A stretch of 50,874 bases of DNA from assembly GCA_044448905.1 (NCBI GenBank), contig JBIOHJ010000003.1, positions 1 through 50,874 on the forward strand, read 5' to 3'. This stretch comes from Bacteroidia bacterium (GTDB taxonomy: Bacteria > Bacteroidota > Bacteroidia > AKYH767-A > OLB10). The position numbers and the translations under genes were made by a program. The first letter of the stretch is position 1. Every line of letters begins with the position of its first letter. A model generated the notes under the pieces. It searched no databases, had not been told where the DNA came from, and saw only the letters and a list, made by a program, of their open reading frames with translations. Shown here piece after piece: positions 19,153 through 27,698 of this stretch.

Positions 19153-20961
19153 ATGAAAACTGTATTGAAATATTTAACCGTATTGTTGATTATTTTCATC
19201 GTTTCAGGAAAATCTTTTTCTCAACCATTATCCTTTATTATTGATTCAATTAGTTTTTCATCACTGGATTTGGAAGGTGGTAAAACCATTATTACGATTG
19301 CCGATTTGAACCAGGATGGCAACCCCGATTTGTTTTCTATTGGTGACCATGGCAGTCCTTATGTGAACTCACCTCAGCATGGTATTTCTTTATGGTTTGG
19401 CAACGGTACAGGTACAGGCTGGACGTTATACCAGACAGGTGATTTTGGCTACGGAGGAATTTCGGCTGGCGATTTAAATAACGATGGATTGATGGATGTT
19501 GCTTATGGTATGCATCATAATTACTCGTCAACCGATTTTGGCGACCAACTTATTGAAGCTGCTTTAGGTGATGGCACAGGCTTTAACTGGATTCCATGGG
19601 ATGATTCGCTTGCCACTGCCGGTGAAACCTACGGCATGTTCGGTACGGATATGGGCGATGTGGATAATGACGGGTTGCTCGATATCGGCTCCACTTCATT
19701 TGGTTGCTGTGCCGGCTATCATGTATATAAAAACCTCGGTACGGGGGTGTGGCAGCATTTTTACGGGTATGTGGGTGGTAATGCTTCCAACGTATTTTTG
19801 TTTGGCGATATCAATCACGATGGGTTGTTGGATTTTGTAACCGCGCATCAAAACGGAACTCCATATTTCGGTGATGGCACCGGTAATTTTGTGCTCAGGC
19901 ATCTTAACTTACCGGCACCGGGATTAGTTGGCTTCAGCGATGTTACATTGGGTGATGTGAATAAAGACGGGGCGGATGACATTGCATTTACACAAAATAA
20001 CGGTGTGTTTGTTTACCGCTTTGATACAACAACACAGCTATGGGTAAATATGTCGGGTATATTACCCGCAAGCGGGTTTCATCCGCATGTGCGTTTGTAT
20101 GATGTGAATAATGACGGCTTCCTGGATGTAATAGCCAGCCAGGCAAACACAGTAAAAATATGGACAGGCAATGGCGGAACCGCATGGACACTGGTTAATT
20201 CCATTACAGTTTCTAATATGGATTATTCACGCAGCATGGCTGTTGGCGATGTAAATCATGACGGCAAGCCTGAAATATTTATATGGGGACAGTTTCCTAC
20301 CGGTCTTTTCAATTACGAAAACAAGCTGATGATACTGCGCGATACAGCAACTGTAAATGTTTTGAATATATATGCACTCAATCCCGTTGCTTACGAATGC
20401 CTGCCAAACGGAAGCGTGCAGTTTATTCACTGGAACAGTTCAGTGCCGGCAAATCACAGCAGCTCGGTTTCGCTTGAATTTTCCTCAACCGGGGCGGGAG
20501 GCGCATGGTCGGTAATTGCAGCGGGAGTGCCGAATAACGGAACGTATCAATGGTCGATTCCCGGTGCCATTCAATCGGCAAATTGTTTTATACGATATAT
20601 CCTTACCGATAGTGTAACACAGCAAACCGATACTGCAATTACTTCAAATCCGTTTAACATAGGGTGCGTGTTGAATACGGGAATAAGCCAGTTAACAGGT
20701 GGCAGCAGCAGTTGGCAGGTATATCCAAATCCGGCAAATGAAAGCCTCACCCTAGCCCTCTCCAAAGGAGAGGGACCGAACGCTGCCCGAAATTCCATCC
20801 TCAGAATTTTTGATTTGACCGGGAGAGAGGTTTTTCAATCTTCAATCTTCAATTTTCAATCTTCAATCAAAATTGATGTTTCCGGTTTGCAAAACGGGGT
20901 TTACTTTATCCAGTTGAATTCGGCAGAGGTTTGTTACCGGACAAAATTTGTGAAACAATAA
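19153..20961 (+). CDS. FG-GAP/VCBS-repeat beta-propeller protein with a T9SS type-A sorting domain
   Basis: Seven D-x-N-x-D-G-x-x-D-type motifs (DLNQDGNPD, DLNNDGLMD, DINHDGLLD...), Ig-like module (NNGTYQWSIP), VYPNPA...FDLTGREV...GVYF...KFVKQ. Confidence 0.9.
   Translation: MKTVLKYLTVLLIIFIVSGKSFSQPLSFIIDSISFSSLDLEGGKTIITIADLNQDGNPDLFSIGDHGSPYVNSPQHGISLWFGNGTGTGWTLYQTGDFGYGGISAGDLNNDGLMDVAYGMHHNYSSTDFGDQLIEAALGDGTGFNWIPWDDSLATAGETYGMFGTDMGDVDNDGLLDIGSTSFGCCAGYHVYKNLGTGVWQHFYGYVGGNASNVFLFGDINHDGLLDFVTAHQNGTPYFGDGTGNFVLRHLNLPAPGLVGFSDVTLGDVNKDGADDIAFTQNNGVFVYRFDTTTQLWVNMSGILPASGFHPHVRLYDVNNDGFLDVIASQANTVKIWTGNGGTAWTLVNSITVSNMDYSRSMAVGDVNHDGKPEIFIWGQFPTGLFNYENKLMILRDTATVNVLNIYALNPVAYECLPNGSVQFIHWNSSVPANHSSSVSLEFSSTGAGGAWSVIAAGVPNNGTYQWSIPGAIQSANCFIRYILTDSVTQQTDTAITSNPFNIGCVLNTGISQLTGGSSSWQVYPNPANESLTLALSKGEGPNAARNSILRIFDLTGREVFQSSIFNFQSSIKIDVSGLQNGVYFIQLNSAEVCYRTKFVKQ
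20745..20775 (+). repeat. REP-like GC-rich palindrome located in-frame in a T9SS sorting domain
   Basis: CCTCACCCTAG-CCCTCTCC-AAA-GGAGAGGG-A; perfect 8-bp stem; encodes LTLALSKGEG. Confidence 0.85.
20834..20868 (+). repeat. In-frame 7-mer array (TTCAATC)5 with one variant unit
   Basis: TTCAATC TTCAATC TTCAATT TTCAATC TTCAATC; encodes QSSIFNFQSSI. Confidence 0.9.
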
Positions 20962-22584
20962 TTACTGCTTCACAATTTTCTTTACCACTTTTCCCTCATC
21001 TGTTATCACTTCAACAAAATAAATTCCGCTTGCCCAGTTTGCAGTTTGCAGTTTACAGTTTGCAGTTGGCTCAGTAATTTTTTTTCTGAAAATTATTTCT
21101 CCCAAAACATCGGTTATAATTATTTCATCGTTTGGCTGAAATTGGAAATTTGAAATTATTAATTCATTTGAGGAGGGATTGGGGAAGATGAAGAGATGGT
21201 TTGGAGAATTCTTTTCTGCAATGTTTGTTGATGTCGGGCAAACTCCGCAGGTGGTATCTATAGTGTATTTCCAGAGATCGTTATATACACCAAAAGATGA
21301 GATGCCAGAAATACCACCGAATAAATAAAAATCTACATTGTTATTAGTCCATCCAAGTGCACCTCCTTTGGGCAATGGTTTATTTGAGGGGCTTGAAACG
21401 CCTAACATCCCCCAATCATTGGTAACAAAGGGAAAACTAAAAGTACTATCTCCGCTTATCCAAGTCCATTGCTGCGTTGACAAACAATATTTCCAAAGAT
21501 CATTTAATGGAAAAAGGGTATATCCTCCATAGAACCAAAAATTTCCACCAAGGTCCTTCCAAACTGCCCGACTCTCAATACGAACCGGGGGAACGTTATT
21601 TGTTGAAGCCACACATTGAGTACCATAAATTCCATTAAAGTTTATGATAGTATCACCGCCCATCCATGCCCAGTTGTTTGTTATTGGATTAAATCGCCAC
21701 ATATCGCTTTTAGAAGTCCCATATTCCCATCCATTAAATAACCAGAAGTTACCAATATCATCTTTCCATTTGGAATAAGCCCTTCGCCCTCCTGGTGTGT
21801 TGGCAGGATCTTCAATCGATTCTGTTCCGTAAAAGCTCGGTTGATTTCCAGATGATGAGCCCTTCATCCATGTCCAGGTATTTGTTACAATATTATATCT
21901 CCATAAATCATTTAAAAAGTCAAGGGAATCACTTCCACCAAAAAGCCATAAATCCCCATTATTATCTGTCCAACTTATTGCAGTTTCACATCTTGACCTT
22001 GGATAATTCAATACGTTAGGAACTCCGATTATTCCATAAATGCCGGGTTGATTTGGGATATTCGGTCCTTTCATCCATGTCCATTCATTTGTTATCGGAT
22101 CATATTTCCAAAGATCATTATAAACTGTATAGGCAGAATCTGATTTTAATCCTCCAAACATCCAAAAGTTTCCTTGTAAATCAACCCATGAAACTGCTCC
22201 CCATCCTCGCGAAGGTGGATTATTAATTGGAGAAGGGATACCTTGTATTCCGTAATTACCCAGATCACCCCCAATACCCGAGCCTTTCATCCAAGTCCAT
22301 TCATTGTTTGTTGGATTATATTTCCAAAGATCATTAAACTCCTGTTTAGGAATTTGATTCCAATTGGTTCCGCCAAACAACCAGAAATTGCCGTTTAAGT
22401 CAGTCCATTCACAAGCTTCATACACGGCACGAGGCTTATTTGATGGACTTGATACCCCTTGAATTCCATAATAGCCTGTTGAGTTTGGAATACTATCTCC
22501 GTGTATCCATACCCATTCACCTACCTGCGAAAAGCAAAGTGTAATTGAAAAACAAAAAATAAATGTGGTAAATATTTTTTTCAT
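20962..22584 (-). CDS. Kelch/galactose-oxidase-type repeat protein with a T9SS type-A sorting domain
   Basis: Six repeats of F/LWxFGG...NDLWKY...WTWMKG; FIFPNPS...DVLGE...SGIYFVEV...KKIVKQ; start placed at ATG 22584 because the ORF-track TTG lies inside a TACCTTTG promoter element. Confidence 0.9.
   Translation of the reverse strand: MKKIFTTFIFCFSITLCFSQVGEWVWIHGDSIPNSTGYYGIQGVSSPSNKPRAVYEACEWTDLNGNFWLFGGTNWNQIPKQEFNDLWKYNPTNNEWTWMKGSGIGGDLGNYGIQGIPSPINNPPSRGWGAVSWVDLQGNFWMFGGLKSDSAYTVYNDLWKYDPITNEWTWMKGPNIPNQPGIYGIIGVPNVLNYPRSRCETAISWTDNNGDLWLFGGSDSLDFLNDLWRYNIVTNTWTWMKGSSSGNQPSFYGTESIEDPANTPGGRRAYSKWKDDIGNFWLFNGWEYGTSKSDMWRFNPITNNWAWMGGDTIINFNGIYGTQCVASTNNVPPVRIESRAVWKDLGGNFWFYGGYTLFPLNDLWKYCLSTQQWTWISGDSTFSFPFVTNDWGMLGVSSPSNKPLPKGGALGWTNNNVDFYLFGGISGISSFGVYNDLWKYTIDTTCGVCPTSTNIAEKNSPNHLFIFPNPSSNELIISNFQFQPNDEIIITDVLGEIIFRKKITEPTANCKLQTANWASGIYFVEVITDEGKVVKKIVKQ
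21035..21069 (-). repeat. In-frame 7-mer array (CAAACTG)5, degenerate
   Basis: Plus strand CAGTTTG CAGTTTG CAGTTTA CAGTTTG CAGTTGG; encodes PTANCKLQTAN. Confidence 0.9.
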
Positions 22585-22705
22585 CCCATTTAATTTATCC
22601 CAATAAATTCCCTCACCCAAAGGTAAGCTAATTCATTTATCCAACGTAGCTATTTTTTAGAGTAGTTGGACAATGCATAATTCAGCAATCATTTAACCCT
22701 TTTCA

Positions 22706-22762
22706 CTTCCCATCCGCTGTGGTCGGGATATCTGCGGAAATCCGTCAGCTACAGATGGAAGT
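22706..22762. repeat. Imperfect GC-rich hairpin between divergent genes
   Basis: ACTTCCCATC..CTGTGG...CTACAGATGGAAGT pairing with bulges. Confidence 0.5.
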
Positions 22763-22811
22763 TGGAAACCATCAAATCATTTGATTAATTTGCAACCCAA
22801 AATAAAAAAGT

Positions 22812-23633
22812 ATGAAAATAGTTGTGCCTATTGATTTTACAGTGGTAACCGAAAATGCTTTGAAATTTTCAATCGGCTTAACCGAAACGCTGCCCGTAAA
22901 TAACATTACATTATTTCATGTTGTTGCTTCCGAAAAAGACGCGTCACCAGCCACGGTTAATTTAAATAAGTTGATTGATAAATATAAAGAGCAAACCCGT
23001 ATTACGCTCGAAAGCCATATAGCGCCCGGGAATATTTTTGACATGATAGGCAAAACAGCCGCTGATTTGCAGGCAGCCCTTATCGTAATGGGTACGCACG
23101 GCATAAAAGGCATGCAGCGCATTATTGGCAGCCGAGCCATGCGGGTAATTACCAATTCCGAAACCCCGTATATTGTGGTTCAGCAAGCGCCATATAAAAC
23201 AATTAAAAAAATTCTTATCCCGGTTGACTATTCCCGCGAAGGAAAACAGCTGCTGCCATTGCTTCAAACATTAAATGAAAAGTTCAAGGCTTCGCTGCTG
23301 CTCATCAGGCAAAAAGCAAAGGATGAGTTTATCAATAGCAAAATAGACAATAACCTTGGTTATTTTAAGGCGTATCTTAAGGATAATAATATTCCCTTTA
23401 CGGTATCGGGTTCTTATGCTGCTTCCTCCAAATACAAAGATGTTTTGCACGAAGCCAGCTCATCTGATGCCGATATGATTGTTACCACCATTGATCCCGA
23501 AACCGATATTACGGATTACATAATGGGTGTTGAAGAACAAAAGCTAGTAGCTAATGAATCACAAATTCCGGTGCTGTGCATCAATATCAAACACTTCATG
23601 AACCGTAAAGGCGGCATTTTTGAATTAATGTAA
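22812..23633 (+). CDS. Universal stress protein (tandem Usp domains)
   Basis: KIVVPIDF, LIVMGTHGIKG...IGSRA..VI, second domain KILIPVDYS. Confidence 0.92.
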   Translation: MKIVVPIDFTVVTENALKFSIGLTETLPVNNITLFHVVASEKDASPATVNLNKLIDKYKEQTRITLESHIAPGNIFDMIGKTAADLQAALIVMGTHGIKGMQRIIGSRAMRVITNSETPYIVVQQAPYKTIKKILIPVDYSREGKQLLPLLQTLNEKFKASLLLIRQKAKDEFINSKIDNNLGYFKAYLKDNNIPFTVSGSYAASSKYKDVLHEASSSDADMIVTTIDPETDITDYIMGVEEQKLVANESQIPVLCINIKHFMNRKGGIFELM

Positions 23634-23644
23634 AAAGAGAATTG

Positions 23645-23701
23645 CCACGAATTACACTAATTTGCACTAATTGAATTCGTGTTAATTTGTGTAATTCGTG
23701 G
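23645..23701. repeat. 28-bp imperfect inverted repeat built from CACNAATT-type units
   Basis: CCACGAATTACACTAATTTGCACTAATT-G-AATTCGTGTTAATTTGTGTAATTCGTGG between convergent usp and alkD. Confidence 0.88.
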
Positions 23702-23707
23702 ATGATC

Positions 23708-24400
23708 TCAGGCGCTGCCGATATTTTTAATCTTTCCTTCTTTCTGATATTTTTCGAGTTCGCGTAAAGCATCCGTTGCAATCCAGCGTGAAGTTGCATC
23801 ACCTTTCGCGTAAATTTCTTTTGCAGCTTTAATTGCTTTTTTACATAAGCGTTTATTCCGTTTCCCGATTTGGCGCAATGCCCAGTTCACAGCTTTCTTT
23901 ACAAAATTCCTTTCATCATGAGATTCGCGAATGATGTGTGGAAAAAATTTTTCATACGCTGCATCTTTTGCTGTTTTATTATGAATGGCGAGCTCAGCCA
24001 TCAGCACAAACCCCGCACGTTTTTGGAATTCAGTTTTGAGCCTGGTCCATTCAATCGCTTTCTCAAAAGCATAGGGAGTTTTGGTAAATAATGTTCCGCA
24101 GCAATTGTCCACAGTATCCCACGAATTAAAATCCTTTAATAATGTTTCCATTAGTTTTTCCGTCACCTGTTTCGGATCGGCAATAAATATAGCAATGTGC
24201 TTTGCTTCATGATTTCCAGTTTTCCAAAGCTGCATGGCAAGTTCATGATTTTTGCCAATCTTTTTCGCAACAACACGCATTTGAGGAGTGGTCATGCCAA
24301 AGCTGTTCACGCCTGTTATGCCGAAATATTCCTGCTTCGATTTTGCTTTCGCGGAAGAAAGGCTTTTTAATTCATCAATAATTTTTTTAACAGTATCCAT
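23708..24400 (-). CDS. alkD: DNA alkylation repair glycosylase (AlkD/HEAT-like)
   Basis: HELAMQLW, FNSWDTVD, DERNFVKKAVNWALRQIGKRN; start placed at ATG 24400. Confidence 0.88.
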   Translation of the reverse strand: MDTVKKIIDELKSLSSAKAKSKQEYFGITGVNSFGMTTPQMRVVAKKIGKNHELAMQLWKTGNHEAKHIAIFIADPKQVTEKLMETLLKDFNSWDTVDNCCGTLFTKTPYAFEKAIEWTRLKTEFQKRAGFVLMAELAIHNKTAKDAAYEKFFPHIIRESHDERNFVKKAVNWALRQIGKRNKRLCKKAIKAAKEIYAKGDATSRWIATDALRELEKYQKEGKIKNIGSA

Positions 24401-24446
24401 AAGTTTTTTCCGAACTTTGACAAAATAACAACATAAGAAGAAATTA

Positions 24447-25670
24447 ATGTCGTTGGTAGAAATAAAAGTTCCCAGCCCCGGTGAATCCATTTCGGAAGTT
24501 CAGATTTCGCGATGGATAAAGCATGACGGGGATTACGTGCAAAAAGATGAAGAGATTGCCGAAATAGATTCGGATAAAGCAACGCTTACCTTATCTGCGG
24601 AAGCCGATGGCATTTTGAAAATTTTAGTGAAAGAAGGAGAAACTGTTCCTGTGGGGACTATAGTTTGCACTATTGATACGGAAGGGAAGAAATTAGAAGT
24701 CAAAAATCAGAAGTCAGAAGAAAAAAAACCGGAAGCCGCAAGCCAGAAGCCTGAAGAGAAACAACCTCAAACCACTCAGAGCTATGCAAGCGGGGTTCCT
24801 TCCCCATCAGCCGAAAAAATGATGAAGGAAAAAAATATTTCTGCTTCTCAAATTTCCGGAACAGGTAGAGACGGACGAATTACAAAAGGGGATGTTCTTG
24901 AAGCAATAAATAAGCCTGCAATGGCAACTGTCTCCGGTTCAAGAACAGAGCGCAGAGAAAAAATGTCAATGCTTCGCAAAAAGGTTGCTGAGCGATTGGT
25001 AGCCGTGAAGCAGCAAACTGCCATGCTTACAACATTCAACGAAGTAGACATGAGCGCCATAGTGGAAATTCGTAAAAAGTATAAAGACGCATTTAAGGAA
25101 AAGCATGGAGCCGGCTTAGGTTTTATGTCATTTTTTACTAAAGCAGTTTGTGAGGCATTAAAGGCGTTTCCGGCAGTTAATGCCCGCATTGATGCTGATG
25201 AAATTGTTTATCATGATTATTGCGATATAGGCATTGCCGTTAGCGCACCAAAAGGGCTGATGGTTCCGGTAATCAGGAATGCAGAAAGTTTAACGTTTGC
25301 GCAAATTGAATCGGCAGTTCTTGACCTCGCAACCAAAGCGAGAGAAAATAAATTGACCATTGAAGAAATGACAGGGGGAACATTTACAATTACAAATGGC
25401 GGAGTTTTTGGTTCGATGCTTTCAACTCCGATTCTCAACCCGCCACAAAGTGCCATCCTCGGAATGCACAATATTGTCGAGCGACCGGTTGCATTAAATG
25501 GTAAAGTTGAAATCCGCCCCGTTATGTATGTGGCTTTGTCTTATGACCACCGTATTATTGACGGAAAAGAATCGGTAAGTTTTTTGGTGCGCGTTAAACA
25601 GATGCTTGAAGACCCAACGAAAATGCTGTTTGAAGGAAATGACCCGGTAAAAGTGCTATTAAATATTTAA
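24447..25670 (+). CDS. sucB: 2-oxoglutarate dehydrogenase E2 (dihydrolipoamide succinyltransferase)
   Basis: Lipoyl motif [40 protein letters not shown]. Confidence 0.97.
   Translation: MSLVEIKVPSPGESISEVQISRWIKHDGDYVQKDEEIAEIDSDKATLTLSAEADGILKILVKEGETVPVGTIVCTIDTEGKKLEVKNQKSEEKKPEAASQKPEEKQPQTTQSYASGVPSPSAEKMMKEKNISASQISGTGRDGRITKGDVLEAINKPAMATVSGSRTERREKMSMLRKKVAERLVAVKQQTAMLTTFNEVDMSAIVEIRKKYKDAFKEKHGAGLGFMSFFTKAVCEALKAFPAVNARIDADEIVYHDYCDIGIAVSAPKGLMVPVIRNAESLTFAQIESAVLDLATKARENKLTIEEMTGGTFTITNGGVFGSMLSTPILNPPQSAILGMHNIVERPVALNGKVEIRPVMYVALSYDHRIIDGKESVSFLVRVKQMLEDPTKMLFEGNDPVKVLLNI
24691..24753 (+). repeat. Two adjacent in-frame 7-mer arrays in the SucB linker
   Basis: AATTAGA AGTCAAA AATCAGA AGTCAGA (24691-24718) and AAACCGG AAGCCGC AAGCCAG AAGCCTG (24726-24753). 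Confidence 0.75.
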
Positions 25671-26299
25671 CCTTCTTCGGCTACTACTTCTGTTACTTCC
25701 GGCACCATCTTCTTCAGCAAATTTTCAATTCCCGATTTCAAAGTAAGAGTTGAAGAAGGACATCCGCTGCACGAGCCTTTTAAAATAAGCGTTACCACAC
25801 CCGCAGAAAATGATTTGAAATGAATGGCACCGCCATCCTGCTCAACTGCCGGGCGTACATATTCATCAAGCATGCTTTTTATTTGTTCTTCGATTCCGGT
25901 TGAGGTGGAAATTTCTTTTTTCAGCTCTTCTTTCTCGATTGTCAGTTTTTCATTCTCAGGGGATGACTGAAAAGGACTTTTTAAAAATAGTTTTTCATTC
26001 CCGGTAAAAAATCCTTTAATAAACTCACGAAGAATAGCAAGAATATCATACCAGTCAATATCATTTGCTTTTGTGATGGCAATAAAGTTTGAGGTAATGA
26101 AAACAGATTTCACTCCTGTAAAATCAAAAAGCTGAAATGCCAAAGGGCAGTTTGAAGAGTTTTCTTTACTGAAATATTCGACAACTCCTTCAGCCAATAG
26201 CATTTTATTCACAACGAATTTCATTGCAGCCGGGTTGGGTGTGGATTCGGCATACACTTCAATATATTTTTTTGTGGCTTCCATTTTAGGTTTTATCAC
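25667..26299 (-). CDS. Nfu/NifU-family Fe-S cluster carrier
   Basis: Nfu N-terminal motif [13 protein letters not shown]; [24 protein letters not shown]; alternative ATG at 26284. Confidence 0.93.
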   Translation of the reverse strand: MIKPKMEATKKYIEVYAESTPNPAAMKFVVNKMLLAEGVVEYFSKENSSNCPLAFQLFDFTGVKSVFITSNFIAITKANDIDWYDILAILREFIKGFFTGNEKLFLKSPFQSSPENEKLTIEKEELKKEISTSTGIEEQIKSMLDEYVRPAVEQDGGAIHFKSFSAGVVTLILKGSCSGCPSSTLTLKSGIENLLKKMVPEVTEVVAEEG

Positions 26300-26571
26300 T
26301 TATACTTTTGATTCGCTTTTTCACTTAACTTCTTTTCCAATTCTGCAATTTTCTTATTTCCTGATTTTATCGTTGAATTTTTTCTCATCATTGCCGGGGT
26401 GAGAACAAGCATTCCAACAGCTAATCCGGTTGCCAGAACAATAATCAGCAATAAAGCCATTGAACAGTTTAATGACCATGCAAGAAATTTAATCTGAACA
26501 CTCACTGCATTTTGCAGGGCAAAAATTACAGCCAGGATGGCAATGGTGACACCAATAATTGTTTGTTTCAT
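26296..26571 (-). CDS. LapA-family small membrane protein
   Basis: IFALQN..V.IKFL.W motif, two TM segments, C-terminal coiled coil. Confidence 0.85.
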   Translation of the reverse strand: MKQTIIGVTIAILAVIFALQNAVSVQIKFLAWSLNCSMALLLIIVLATGLAVGMLVLTPAMMRKNSTIKSGNKKIAELEKKLSEKANQKYK

Positions 26572-26577
26572 AACATT

Positions 26578-26598
26578 TACTTTTGTCCCGCAAAGTTA
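26578..26598. promoter_or_regulatory. Crossed divergent -7 promoter elements
   Basis: TACTTTTG on + (26578-26585) and TAACTTTG on - (26591-26598), 5 nt apart, in a 39-nt divergent gap. Confidence 0.6.
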
Positions 26599-26610
26599 TG
26601 GAAAAGTACA

Positions 26611-27636
26611 ATGGTTAAGGATTATATTTCGAATATTAAAAACGAAATTTTCAGTGTTGATTTTGACTTCGAAAAAGTTGCCTTGGAAATTTTCCGATTT
26701 CAGGCAAAGGGAAGCGCGGTTTATAAAAATTATATTGATGCTTTAAAAATAAATCCTGAAAAAGTAAACTCAATAAACAAAATTCCTTTTCTCCCGATTC
26801 AGTTTTTTAAATCTCATAAAATAATTACTGCTTCACAACCGGAAACCATTTTCATCAGCAGCGGCACAACAGGTTCAGAACGAAGTAATCATTATGTTGC
26901 TGATACAAAATTCTACGAACAATCCTTTTTGAAATGCTTTGAATTGTTTTACGGAAATATTGAAGAGTATAGTTTGCTTGCGCTGATGCCAGGTCCCCCC
27001 GGCCACCCGTCATCTGATGGGATTGGGGTTGCAATCACGCAATCCTCTTTGGTTTTTATGACTTCCGAATTAATCAGAAGAACTAAAAACCCTTTAAGCG
27101 GATTTTATTTAAATGAGTTTGAAAGATTATTTGATGTCATTGAACACTTCCAAAAACAAAAACAAAAATTTATTCTCTTTGGACTCACATATGCGCTGCT
27201 GGATTTTGCGCAGTGGCTAAACTCCCCCCTACGTGGGGCAAGGGGGCATATTATTGAAACCGGAGGAATGAAAGGCCGTAGAAGAGAAGCAGTGCGCGAA
27301 GAAGTACACAAAACATTATGCGAGGCTTTTGGTGTTCCGGAAATTCATTCGGAATACGGTATGACCGAATTATTATCGCAGGCATATTCAAAGGGAAAAG
27401 GAATTTTCAAATGTCCGCCATGGGCGAAAATTTTTATCCGTGATGTAAATGACCCGGCTCAATTAATGGAAAATAAAAAAACAGGAGGAATAAATATTAT
27501 TGATTTGGCAAATATTTATTCCTGTTCTTTTATTGCCACACAGGATTTAGGAAAAAAATATGATGACGGAAGTTTTGAAGTGCTTGGTAGATTTGATGAC
27601 AGTGATTTGAGGGGCTGTAATCTGATGGTTGAATAA
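26611..27636 (+). CDS. LuxE-like acyl-protein synthetase / acyltransferase
   Basis: IPFLPIQFFK, SSGTTG, IETGGMKGRR, HSEYGMTELLSQAY, FEVLGRFD.SDLRGCN; start placed at ATG 26611. Confidence 0.9.
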   Translation: MVKDYISNIKNEIFSVDFDFEKVALEIFRFQAKGSAVYKNYIDALKINPEKVNSINKIPFLPIQFFKSHKIITASQPETIFISSGTTGSERSNHYVADTKFYEQSFLKCFELFYGNIEEYSLLALMPGPPGHPSSDGIGVAITQSSLVFMTSELIRRTKNPLSGFYLNEFERLFDVIEHFQKQKQKFILFGLTYALLDFAQWLNSPLRGARGHIIETGGMKGRRREAVREEVHKTLCEAFGVPEIHSEYGMTELLSQAYSKGKGIFKCPPWAKIFIRDVNDPAQLMENKKTGGINIIDLANIYSCSFIATQDLGKKYDDGSFEVLGRFDDSDLRGCNLMVE

Positions 27637-27644
27637 ATTTTAAC

Positions 27645-27694
27645 TGCAAAGATGCAAAGGCACAAAGATTTTTTTCATTTTCTCTGCGCCTTTC
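27645..27694. repeat. Degenerate octamer-based palindrome
   Basis: TGCAAAGA TGCAAAGG CACAAAGA ... TCTCTGCG CCTTT between convergent genes. Confidence 0.6.
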
Positions 27695-27698
27695 TTAT

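Noticed and set aside
19300-22400. Long-period repeats suggestive of CRISPR or a diversity-generating retroelement
   Set aside because: They are degenerate protein repeats (FG-GAP, Kelch); no identical repeats with spacers, no cas or reverse transcriptase gene, no adenine-specific variant pair.
26611-27636. Bioluminescence (lux) locus
   Set aside because: Lone LuxE-like gene, common in Bacteroidota; no luciferase genes in the window.
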